Source: Octopus sinensis
Lineage: Eukaryota
DNA length: 64,000 bases
Direction of reading: 5' to 3'
Assembly (NCBI RefSeq): GCF_006345805.1
Contig: NC_042997.1
Span: 192,076,001 to 192,140,000 of the forward strand
How positions within the stretch are numbered: the first letter of the stretch is position 1; each line of letters begins with the position of its first letter. Under the pieces are notes generated by a model, which was not told where the DNA came from, did not search any database, and was given only the letters and a program-made list of their open reading frames with translations. Made by a program: the position numbers and the translations under genes. This document shows, piece after piece, positions 1 through 11,594 of the stretch.

Positions 1-716
1 TTGGGCAGCAAGTGTCTTGTACTAAATGACTCCAGGCTGACCAATGCCTTGTGAGTGAACATGGTAAGTGGAAAATGTATGAAAGCTCATTATATCATAT
101 CATAGCCTCACCTGGCTCCCGTGCCGGTGGCACGTAAAAAGCACCATCCGATTGTGGCCGTTGCCAGCCTCGCCTGGCCCCCGTGCCACGTAAAAAGCAC
201 CATCTGACCGTGGCCGTTTGCCAGTCCCGTCTGGCACATAAAAAGCATCCACTACACTCACGGAGTGGTTGGCGTTAAGAAGGGCATCCAGCCGTAGAAA
301 CATTGCCAGATCAGACTGGGCCTGGTGCAGCCTTCTGGCTTCCCAGACCCCAGTTGAACCGTCCAACCCATGCTAGCAGGGAAAGCGGATGCTAAATGAT
401 GATATATATACACATATATGCATGCACATTTGTTCTCTCCATCACTTGACAACCAGTGCTGGTTTGTTTGTTCCTGTAACTTAGTGGCTCAGCAAAAGAG
501 ATTGATAGAATAAGTACCAAACTTCAAAAAAATTTTGGTCAATTAAACCCTTCAATGTAGTGCCCCAGCATGGTCACAATCCAATGATTAAAATAAGGAA
601 AAGATAATACTTTATTTCACACTAGCACTATGACCTGGCAACGCCGGGTCATAGTGCTAGTGCATGCGTGCGCACATACACGCGAATACTGTCCAAATCT
701 TCAACCAATCACATAC

Positions 717-898
717 AGCTAGCTGGCATTCAATTGGCGTATCAAGTTTCAGGTATTTTGATTGGGTTTTGGATAGAAAATTCACAAAAAAGTCACTTCT
801 ATTGATTTTTTTAATGGCTTTGTGGGGTGACTGGAGAAATGTAAAGATGTGCACGACCACCCTTGGACAGTTTTGAATGACCATAGAAAGTGCGAGAA
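717..898 (-). CDS. Candidate internal coding exon of an unidentified minus-strand gene (VLALSMVIQNCPRVVVHIF...PIECQLA)
   Basis: Acceptor TTTTTCAG and donor GCT|GTATGT bound 182 nt of non-repetitive sequence open in one frame. Phase 1 matches the candidate exon at 3563-3686. Confidence 0.35.
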
Positions 899-2880
899 CT
901 GAAAAATTGTGGATTTGTATAAAGGACACACACAGACATTTTGCTGTTTATATATATAGCGATAAAGACAAAAGTTTCCCATTCATCATGATTGACCAGT
1001 TTTCCTGTGGAGGTATTTCTTGAAATAACTGACCAATTTAACAGTAATTAGAAAGATCTTTGTCAAGTTCTTCAGGTCTAAATAGATGGCTTATTAGTTC
1101 AGTTTCAGGATCATTCCACAATTATAGATATGATTTTTATTTATGATTTTTAACTTTGTATATTTTGAAAAATGCATTTGGAGTTGTGCATTTCCTAATT
1201 ACAACTGCGAGAAAATGTTTTCTACTATAGCTGTGGATAACTCAAAGCATTTAAGTGGATCTGTTGGATTGAACTAAAAGTAAGCCCGTTGTGTGTGTGT
1301 GTGTATATGTTTAGGTCTCTTTCATCTTGACATTGTACAAAAGCTGTAAACAAGTGCTCGTCATACAAGCAGTGTCTATTTCCAGTCTGCTATGAAAACA
1401 TGTCTGGCCATGGGAAACATCTTGTGAACTGGTGAGGATTAGTGACTGGAAGGGCATCTGGCCATAGAAAATCCTTTTCAACAAATTCCGTTTGACCCAT
1501 GCAAACATGAAAAAGTGGATGTTATGGTGATGATGATCACAGTTGAAATGATGAAAAAAAATTAGAAGCACAAGCACCAGATATGTTACAGTTAGGCCGT
1601 GGTCTTAATAATAGCTTTATGAACTGCAGGAAAAGAACATTTATTTGTTGTTCCTGCATTTGACGTTGACGACTTTGGTGGATCTGATGTCATTTGAATA
1701 AAAACCGACCAAGTATAGCAGTTTTAGCCTAGATTTGTGCTATGTCAACAAGAAAATTAGTAAAATTAATATTACAATGAAGAAATAATTTGCCAAAAAT
1801 GAAACAACGCAAAGCTGGAAAATATTTCAACAAATATAGATATCATCATCAGACACAGTCCCAGAAATTTTTTGAAGGGAGGACACAAAGCCAGAAGGAA
1901 ATACAATTCCAGGAGAAAAGGGTGTAATAACATTATTTAGAAAGGGGTACATCTTTTCTTGAGGGGGGCATGTGCCCCTCAGGCACCCTTTTGGATCTGC
2001 CCTTGATCATCATCGCTTAGTCTGCTTTCCATTTTGACATGGTTTGGATGGTTTGACATGGAGCTGGCTAGCAAGGGAGCTGTTGAGACTCCAATTGTCT
2101 GTTGAGGCATGGTCCCTATGCTGGTTGGCCCTTCCTAACGCCAACCACTTAACAGTGTGCAAGGTGCTTTTTATATACCACTGAGTGGTATATAAATCAA
2201 ATCAAACCAAATCAAAATAGATGAACATCAATGGAATTTGTATCCTTGTGGTACCAGTGCCGGTGGCACATAAGAAAACCATCCGAACGTGACCGTAGCC
2301 AGTACCGCATCGACTGGCCTCCGTGCTGAGGGCACGTAACAAACACCATCCGAGCGTGGCCGTTCGCCAGCCTCGTCTGGCACCTGTGTCGGTGGCACAT
2401 AGGAAAACACCATCCGAGCATGGCCGTCTGCCAGCCTCGTCTGGCACCTGTGTCGGTGGCACATAAAATCACCCACTACACTCTCGGAGTGGTTGGCGTT
2501 AGGAAGGGCATCCAGCTGTAGAAACACTGCCAGATCTGACTGGCCTGGTGCAGCCTTCAGGCTTGCCAGACCCCAGTTGAACTGTCCAACCCATGCTAGC
2601 ATGGAAAGCGGACGTTAAACGATGATGATGATGATGATGAGATGGGCATGTTTATGCAGCACTAACATGGGTGCATCTATGCAGCACTGACATGGGTGCA
2701 TCTATGCAGCACTGACATGGGTGTGTCATTGCAGTGCCAGCATGGGTTCCTTTTAAGTGCTATTTATATATTTGTTGAAATGCATAATATAGACGATTAC
2801 GATGAATAATAATTTGGGTGTGGTCACCAGGCAACACTTGGAGCAACTCAGAAAATCCAATAGCTGTGCAATTTTCAGAT

Positions 2881-3258
2881 ATGGCACGTAAAAAGCACCA
2901 TCCGTCCGTGGCCGTTAGCCAGCCTCGCCAGGCTCCCGTGCAGGTGGCACGTAAAAAGCACCATCCGTCCGTGGCCGTTTGCCAGCCTCGCCTGGCCCCC
3001 GTGCCGGTGGCACGTAAAAAGAACCATCCGTCTGTGGCCGTTTGCCAGCCCCGTCTGGCACCTGTGCGAGTGGCACGTAAAAAGCACCCACTACACTCAC
3101 GGAGTGGTTGGCATTAGGAAGGGCATCCAGCCGTAGAAACACTGCCAGATCAGACTGGACCTGATGCAGCCTTCTGGCTTCCCAGACCCCAGTTGAACCG
3201 TCCAACCCATGCTAGCATGGAAAGCGGATGCTAAATGATGATGATGATGATGATGATG
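2881..3258 (+). mobile_element. Modular SINE-like repeat with (GAT)n tail (representative of about 25 copies)
   Basis: Core gagtggttggcgttaggaagggcatccagc...catgctagcatggaaagcggacgttaaacgatgatgat. Copies near 111, 2250, 17745, 21722, 22855, 23705, 24013, 28700, 33660, 34150, 34555, 38755, 44260, 44818, 48272, 48770, 51281, 51610, 53170, 53440, 55155, 57495, 58460, 62700, 62870 and 63880. Confidence 0.9.
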
Positions 3259-3562
3259 ACTAGTGTGCTGCGGTTTCAATCAGAGTAAATTCTACCAAAA
3301 GTCAGTATTCATATCTAGAATACGACAGCCAACAAAGAAACACGTTGCAGTTGTCTTGTTGCAAGTACACAAAAAAGTGTTGATCGCCAACATTATCCAG
3401 TACCATTCATTTAGCTGTACAGCAATTTATTTATAGACGGATGCACATCACACACGTGCCACAGGTGCACGTGAAATATGCACATTAGCTGAGTACGAGA
3501 CCGTCGTGTCAAGAATGCCTTGCGGCATTTGTTCTGGCTCTCTGCGCTCTGAGTTCAAATAC

Positions 3563-3686
3563 CTGACTTCCAGCTCTCCGGCATCAATAATTGAAAAACC
3601 AGTCAAGTGGGATCGATTCTTCTCTCAGAGTCGGTTATGTAGCGCCGGCGGAAAAATTCATGGGAGATTGCTCAATGCATTAATTT
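3563..3686 (-). other. Candidate 5'UTR/start-codon exon (ATG 3584, MPESWKS-G) of the minus-strand gene
   Basis: TTCCATTTCTGCAG acceptor, CAG|GTATTT donor, CpG-rich unique sequence, in-frame stops upstream of the ATG. Confidence 0.3.
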
Positions 3687-3794
3687 CTGCAGAAATGGAA
3701 ATGAGTTGAGTGACGAGCTAGCCAGCTTATAGGAAAACTGGAATAATTCAAGGTTGGCTCGATGTGTTGTCATGCAGCACAGAAATAAAACATA

Positions 3795-3851
3795 CTCATG
3801 TGTGCATTAAATGTACACATATGCATATATCATGTGGTGTGTGTTTGTGTA

Positions 3852-3916
<65 letters not shown>

Positions 3917-4122
3917 CCATACATATAAGTACATATATATAAATGGAGACTGTGTGCATGTATACATGCATATATATACATATATATACAAATACATATA
4001 GAGACTGTGTGCATGTATACATGCATATATATACATATATATACATATATATACACATATATATACATATATATATACATATTTATACATATATATACAT
4101 ATATATATACATATATATACAC

Positions 4123-4171
<49 letters not shown>

Positions 4172-4310
4172 TATATACATACAAGTACATATACATATGG
4201 AGACTGTGTGCATGTATATATGCATACATACATATATACACATACATACATACACACATTAATTATACATATACACATGTGCATTTACACATACACGCAC
4301 ATATCCACAT
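3795..4310. repeat. (TA)n/(TACA)n compound microsatellite with repeated ggagactgtgtgcatgtata
   Basis: Direct reading. Confidence 0.9.
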
Positions 4311-5049
4311 GCATTCATTATTATCGTCACAAATCCCTGCTTTCTAATTAATTTGAAAATTAATAATTAGAAGCAGAAAATTGTGACCTGTAAAAAAAAA
4401 AAAAAACACCAATTACCATATTGCCATAATTTTACAATATTAGCTTCTCTTAATCTTACAGTATTTTCAAAATTGTTTTTGCTAATGGTCTTAGATGACC
4501 TATTGTGGTCTTCACGGCGAATTTAACCATATTTAGCAACTATTTCTCTCTGGCATTATTGACAGTCTATGTTTATTTTTAACCATGTATAATAGCCACA
4601 ATATATCGATTTGTTATAACTCTACAATACATGAACCACATAAATTACCATTTAAAAAATTTAGCTTAATAGTTTGAATGTGACGAAGCTTCTTTTTTTC
4701 TTTTGGGTTTTCTGGCATCTCGTTTCTTTCAAAATTAGAACATTTAATAAACCAACGTAGCTACGTAACAGAAAAGAGAGAGTTCACTGAAATGGATGAT
4801 GTAACGAATTTAGGGTTCAGTTAAAACGTCTCAGATTTATATATACATAGACAGTTTAGCGGTTTATTAGGGGTTGTCATACAACTTCAGATTATTTCCG
4901 TCCGATTAGTCACACACTGCTCAATAATATATATAAACAACCCTTCTATGTTCTCTTTTCCTGACTTAATATAGACGTATTGTGTAGACAGAGGGAAAAT
5001 GCATTAATACAGAAAAGAGTCGTCATAATATACTGGGAACGGAAAACTT

Positions 5050-5455
5050 CCTTAATGGAAGGTGTGCCACGTTGGGCAAGTGTCTTCTACTATAGCCTCA
5101 GGCCGACCAAAGCCTTGTGCGTGGATTTGGTAGACGGAAACTGAAAGAAGCCCATCGTGTGTATGTATATAATATATATATATATATATACCTACATACA
5201 TGTGTGTGTGTATTTGGGTAAATTTGGATAAGAGCACCCGCACGTGGTTTACCTGTATTTGTGTGTGTTTGTCCCCACCACCATCGCTTGACAACCGATG
5301 TTGGTGTGTTTACGTCCCCCGTAATTTAGCGGTTCGGTAAAAGATACCGATAGAATAAGTACTAGACATACATAGAATAAGTCCTGGGGTCGATTTGTTC
5401 GACTAAAGGCGGTGCCCCAGCAAGGCCGCAGTCAAATGACTGAAACAAATAAGAG
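5050..5455 (-). mobile_element. Composite SINE pair (CORE-like ttgggcaagtgtcttctactatagcc unit plus gcttgacaaccgatgttggtgtg unit), representative
   Basis: The same two-part repeat, split by a (CA)/(TA) microsatellite, recurs at about 10005-10330, 35450-35850, 45845-46100 and 60975-61325. Fragments at 1-90, 440-590, 20010-20120, 30640-30800, 56430-56590 and 59570-59700. Confidence 0.8.
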
Positions 5456-8400
5456 AATATACACACGCACACATACAGCTTTTTTTAAGTCGAAGCATGA
5501 AGTCCAAGTTAACTTATTATCAATAAATTTTACTGTACGCAATGTAGAGGCTCACCACCAGTTTCAACAAGTTGATCAACAACAAATAAAGCACACACAC
5601 ACATTACGTTCGTGTACACAATTCAACTGAGTGCAAGAATACCTAACTATGAGGCTTGGCTGTGAAAAAAACATAATGGAAGGACGAAGTTTTATGCGAG
5701 TACCCGTCGTATTAATAATATATATATAGCTTGTAACATTCGGAAGATAGTACAGTACTTTGAAAACCAATGATAATTATGTAGAATTAGTATATTTAAT
5801 GTGAGGAAGAAAAATAAGAAACTTTATATTATAGATTTTTAAAAATTAAGGTCTTCAAAAGAACAAAATATTTGAGCAAGAGTTTTTTTAAATATTTGAA
5901 GATATTTTCTTGTTTACAGAAGGTAATGATGAATGAGTTAAACGAATCACAAAGGTAATACAGAATTAATTAACTGTAATTTGACGGTTAGTAATTAAAA
6001 CATTAAAATAATGATCGGCATTTAATAGCAGCATCTTCACAGTTAAGACGAAACAAATACAAATGGTTAAGAAAACCGTGCTTTGGTTTAGATTGCTTCA
6101 GAACAGAATAAATATACGGTAAATTTTCAGATTAACATGAAAATTTACCAGATGTACTGCTAAAGCTGTTGTCTTAAAGACTTCGATAATCATTTAGGTA
6201 TAGATTTTATTTCTGAACAAATAAATGGTGTTAGACGACAAGAATGTAATGCAAAGTGTTGAAGAGAGGCAGTGGTACAGAAAAGTTACATAAACATCAG
6301 TTAAAAAAAATATATATACACCTTTAAAAGTCAATGCAACTGAATGTTGTTTAAACAATTTACAACCCTCAATTCAGAATCAATGATAATAATAAAAGGC
6401 TTCTTCTTTTTTTAAATGCTAACTTTTTTCTGTACGCCTAGGAAGGTTGAAAAAACAAAACCTAATTAATTACGGATCAGTAAATCGCAGTCAATAGAAG
6501 CAATATGTCTTACATAATTATAGCTGTTCTTAATTCAATTCTGCCAAGTTGTTTATTTAAGATAGGGATTTATTTCTAAATTACATTTCGGATTCGTGTA
6601 ATAAAACTGAAATTAAAAACCAATAAACAGTGTTTATCCCTTTTTCTTTTGCTACAAAGATTTTTTTGCGTCGAGTTGTTAGGATTAAATTCGGTAAAAA
6701 TATTAATAGAGAAAACAAAATCAAAGCGTAAAGCAGTTAATGTTTAAAAGGTAGAACAAAATACAATGTTTGGTAAGTATTAAGCACAAGGAAATATTTA
6801 GAAATGAGGAGAAATAACTCACTGTTTGGAAGTTTAAAGGGAATTTCCTGCCATAAGTTGACGACTGCTGAAACACACGGCAGAGCACGTGGTAAATGAA
6901 ATGGAGCCGATGAACAGGAATCGTCCCACTTTTCGGCAAGTCACAAAAGCTGTCACAGCCTGCTTTTTGACAAATACGTAACAGGTTTATCTTTTGGGCC
7001 TGTTTAATAACAGACCATTAAAGGAGTATTGCCGATAGCATTCGTGTTTATTATCGAGTGTATTAGCTGCACAAGTAATAAAATGAACAAAAATAAATAA
7101 ATAAAATAAAACGATCGGTCTTGGACGTTTTTTGGTAGCGAGTATTTTTTTCTGTTTTTGAAAAAGGACCCTAACAGCATGTGAGGTGGTGGCTGTGAAA
7201 GAAAACCGGTTTTCTTAAGTAAAAAAAAAAACATTGATGATTTCATTAAGGGGAGACGAAGACGATAAAACTGTGTAGCGTTAATTCTCCGTCTAAGAAA
7301 AGGTGTCAGGGAAAGGAAATAGCTACAACTGCGAAGTTCTTGTTGCAGTTTCTGTGAAGTAGAAATAGAATAATTTCTTTAGTGGCGGATGATGAGCAGA
7401 AGTGGGGTTACATATGTATTGATATTATTCTATAGAAATGTTTATTTACTCGCTTCATATAGACGAATGTTTTATCATTTATTTTTACTTTTGCAGATAT
7501 CCGTTTTATTTACCTTTCCTTCGTAGCAAAACAAAGCTGGTACAACATCAGAGACTTGTGATTTAAATATATTTTATATAGTTACATTTTTTTTTAAATC
7601 CTTTTTTTAGAATGAGATGCTTTTTTTTTTTTTTTTCTATGTTAAGGGAGTAGAGGCAATGCCCTTAACCTTTGCCATACCCTCAGAAAGCGGTGAGATT
7701 GTTGTGACCGACGTCCAGTCTGAACATCTGTTGAAAAATCGTGACCGCAGTCTGGTCTGAACGAACTCCGTTAAAGGCATCCAAGTATCCTGGTGTTTAT
7801 TAACCCCAGGTCAACCCTGATCGAGCAGGCTTATGATCAAAGACACTCCAACAGGGACCATTCCATCGCTTTAGAAGATTCTTAGTACATGATCCGTGTC
7901 TCTCCTTTTTCTTTATTTTTCTAAAACAGGATGTGACCTGAGATAAATTTGGTTGCTATTTCTGGGAGTTAAGGTCGACCATATAAAATCCTCTTCTACA
8001 AATATGATCCCAATTGACTTCATGTCTCTTACTGAACTCCACGGTTCAGGTATCATAACATTATAAATACACTTACAGCTAATAAAAAGCAATAAAAAAT
8101 TTGCGGTCTATCGAGCCTGCTTCCCATAGGAAATTTTTTAAAATCATATCACGATGTGTGTGTGTGTTTTTATCATGAACACTCACAGACAGTTTGCCTC
8201 CACAGGACTGAGAGCCCTTTCTGTCCTAGGCCGGCGAAAAAATTACTCTTCAGGGAAATTAATAATTGTTGCGCAAATAAATCCGAAGATCTTGTCTAAG
8301 GTGACGCAACGGTAATAATATCCCTGAACTAGATATATAGTTCAAGTAACAAACAAATAAAATGTCAGCTGCTATTGTCCGCCCACATACTTTATATCGC

Positions 8401-9527
8401 ATTGGACGCTGAATATAAATATTTATTTTTCATATCATTACACAGACAAACATGATTGGAACGAGATTTACGCGTAATTAAAATATACGCAGATTCTTTC
8501 AATTCTACCTATGGCCTTCGCGTAAATTAAATATCACGATCCAGATAGATGGATCTCTTCTGTGATGATAATTCCAAGGTCCTGGGAAGAAACAAAACAG
8601 AGCCGACTCTGCCAGAGTTTGAACACCCAACATTGAAGAGACGTAACTAATTATTGCTTTACTGTTGTCTTCTGATTTCTTGGATATCCCGAAAATGATA
8701 GTCCAAATCCAGTGCGCAAAATAACATTTTTTAAAAATGAAACACGAAGTTACTGTGTTAGAAAATAAAAGAGCTAACTATACACGATCATTCAATATAT
8801 TTCTCGTTTAACACACACACACACAATTTTATAATTAACAGAAACCGAGTTAAAATTTGACAGCTGATTTAATTACTCGGTCTGATATCTCCCACATACT
8901 CTATTTACATCTAGCTATTCCTTTTAAAGAGGAACACGGGATCTGAAGGGGATTTTAAAACCGCACATGTTTACTGCTGAAATTTGCTCATCTACAATTG
9001 TCTAATAATATTAAGGGGTCGTTAGCCCCGTCCCTGGAATTACCTGCCTTGTGCCAAAATTTAAAAACAATATTGTTGTTTTTAAGGCGGCGAGCTGGCA
9101 TTTCGTCTACCGCTTACGTTCTGAGTTCAAATTCCGCCGAAGTCGACTTTGCCTTTCATCCTTTCGGAGTCGATTAAATAAGTACCAGTCACGCACTGGA
9201 GTCGATATAATCGACTTAATCCGTTTGTCTGTCCTTGTTTGTCCCCTCTGTGTGTAGCCCTTTGTGGGCAGGAAAGAAATAAGAATCGAGAGCACTCCGG
9301 ACAAAATATTTAGCAGCATTTCGTCTGTCTTTATGTTTTGAGTTCAAATTCCGTCGAGATCGATTTTGCTTTCATCCTTATGGGGTCGATAAAATAAGTA
9401 CCAGTTGAGTACTGGGTTCGGTGTAATCGACTTACCCTTCCCCCAAATTGCTGTGCTTGTACCAAAATTTAAACCAATATTGAGGTTTTTTCTAGTCTGG
9501 ACGCAAGTCCTCGCTTTATACTCTCAG

Positions 9528-9980
9528 CCCCTGAGTAAGAGGTAGCTACCTCATCTAGGACACCACGGTCTGTGACTCTTTTGCTCCCTCCCACCCACTG
9601 GATGCTGCGGTAAATGGGAGGGTCACTGCTTCCGTAGCTGAACGGAACAAAACCCGGAAGTATGGCAGTGAACTATCTCTTCCAACCTGTGGCGTTTGAG
9701 ATGTTTGGAGGGACTGGGCCATTAACGTCGAAGTTCTTGTCATCGTTGGCAGCTCGCCTCACCGAAGTGTCTGGTGATGCCCGTGAGGGTGCTTGGCTTT
9801 TCCGACGCCTTAGCCTCGCCATCGCCCGTGTTAGTGTTGCGAGCATGCTGGCTCGCTTCAGTGGGTCCCGTTAAACCTTGTGGTGTGAGACCAATGGAAG
9901 CACTTGATGTTGCATTGATGTTTTTTCTTTCTTTCCTCCCTCTTTTCCTTGTTTTTCTTTGTCTTCCTTTTGTAAAACAT
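9528..9980 (+). mobile_element. 3' fragment of the same CRE-clade family, opposite orientation
   Basis: AVNYLFQPVAFEMFGGTGP...LFRRLSLAIARVSVASML plus a shared T-rich 3'UTR; homologous to 11595-12085. Confidence 0.85.
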
Positions 9981-11407
9981 GCCTTTTATCCAATTCAGTC
10001 AACGCCTTTAGTCGAGCAAATCGACCCCAGGACTTATTCTTTGTAAGGCTAGTACTTATTCTATCGGTCTCTTTTGCCGAACCACTAAGTTACGGGGACG
10101 TAAACACACCAACATCAGTTGTCAAGATGGTAGAGAGGATAAACACAGGCACACACACACACGTGTGTGTATACGACGGGCTTCTTTCTGTTTCCGTCTA
10201 TAAAGTCCACTCACAAGGCTTTGGTTGGTTCGCAGCTATAGTAGAAAACATTTGCCCAAGGTACCACGCGGTAGGATTGAATCCGGAACCATGTTGTTGG
10301 TAAGCAAGCTACTTACCACACAGCTACTCCTACGCCTTCTGTTAGTTTTTAATGATACTCATGCAGTTAATAGCTATGCTTTGCTCAAAGTAACAGCGGA
10401 TATAATCGAAAGTACTAGCTGAACTGGATTGAAATATTGAGGAGTCAAACATGCGGCCCACGAGCCGGATCCGGTCCACAGCAATGTTTAACTCCATCTA
10501 TATCTAGTGGATCAGTCTTACCCACTGATCTCTACAAACTTTTGCTAACACTCCCATTATCTTTAGCAATCGAGGATCGAATCCACGCTATGCCTGCATG
10601 AAGCCACTACAAATACGTTGTGGAATAAAAAATCCATATACTGTCATGGAAAAAGTGTAACTGTAAAAATGCAGAATTATCGGAGCAATGGGCATTCAAA
10701 AAAGTATGTATGTATAGAAATGTATGAACGAAGTCTTTAAGGTTTAAGATTCAAATTAAGGAAGTGCAATAATAATGTTTAGCAGTTCAAAACTGTGAGC
10801 AGTGAAATGCAGAATTAGGACGGTTGATCGCGAGAATCAAATATTGAGCGCTTCGCTAAAATCTGCAGGTGGCATGGATTATTTCCCTTGGGTTGTTTAA
10901 ATAAAATATTAGTAATATGTAGTAGATAGAAAGATCCATTGGAAGGGCCCATTATCGATTTTTTTTCAACAATCTAAGTATGTCACGAGGTTTCCAGACA
11001 TGAGTTCTAATCACGTGTCAAATAAATTAAAAAAGTGATATTGTATGCAAAAATTAAAAATAGGGCACACAAAAAATCAATATTTAAAGTAATCGAACAT
11101 AAACAATAAAATAGGTTATTTCCCTTGAGTGTTTAAAAAATATTGTTCAGATGGTATGGGTTATTTCCCTTGGGTGTTTAAAAAATAGTTATATGAGGTA
11201 GATATAAAGGTTACTTCCAGGGGCCGTATTATTGATTTTCTCAACAATCTAAATATATTACGAGGTTTCCAGACATGAGTTCTTCTCACGTGTCAAGTTT
11301 CATCAAAATCAATAAAACGATGTTGGAGGAGTTAGCTAACAACACCACAAACAAACACACACCGATTTTCCACATATGTAGAAGATATATATGTGTGTGT
11401 GTGTATG

Positions 11408-11447
<40 letters not shown>

Positions 11448-11594
11448 CAGGTACAGGCAACATCTTTCGGCATACCTATACAAGTGTGCTCCAAGACTTT
11501 GTTTCCTCATGAAATTTTCTACAAATATGCTTCAGATGGTGTGGATTTCTTTCTTTTTTTTTTAACAAAGGTTGATACTTTATTTTATCTAACA

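Noticed and set aside
100-452. Recurrent ORFs containing [12 protein letters not shown] or [12 protein letters not shown]
   Set aside because: These are chance frames of the (GAT)n-tail SINE, with inconsistent starts, stops and frames between copies.
2881-3095. CRISPR-like array (palindromic repeat with variable spacers)
   Set aside because: The units are internal modules of a dispersed eukaryotic SINE, the spacers are homologous to each other, and there are no cas genes.
3600-3686. In-frame TGA as selenocysteine in the candidate exon
   Set aside because: Multiple stops in all frames and no SECIS seen; a 5'UTR is the simpler explanation.
3796-4351. Long ORFs rich in YI/HT/CV (also 24862-25351, 30683-31149, 41721-43517)
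   Set aside because: These are translations of TA/CA micro- and minisatellites.
8549-8650. Short + ORF MDLFCDDNSKVLG...
   Set aside because: Only 33 codons, no recognisable homology and no partner exons found.
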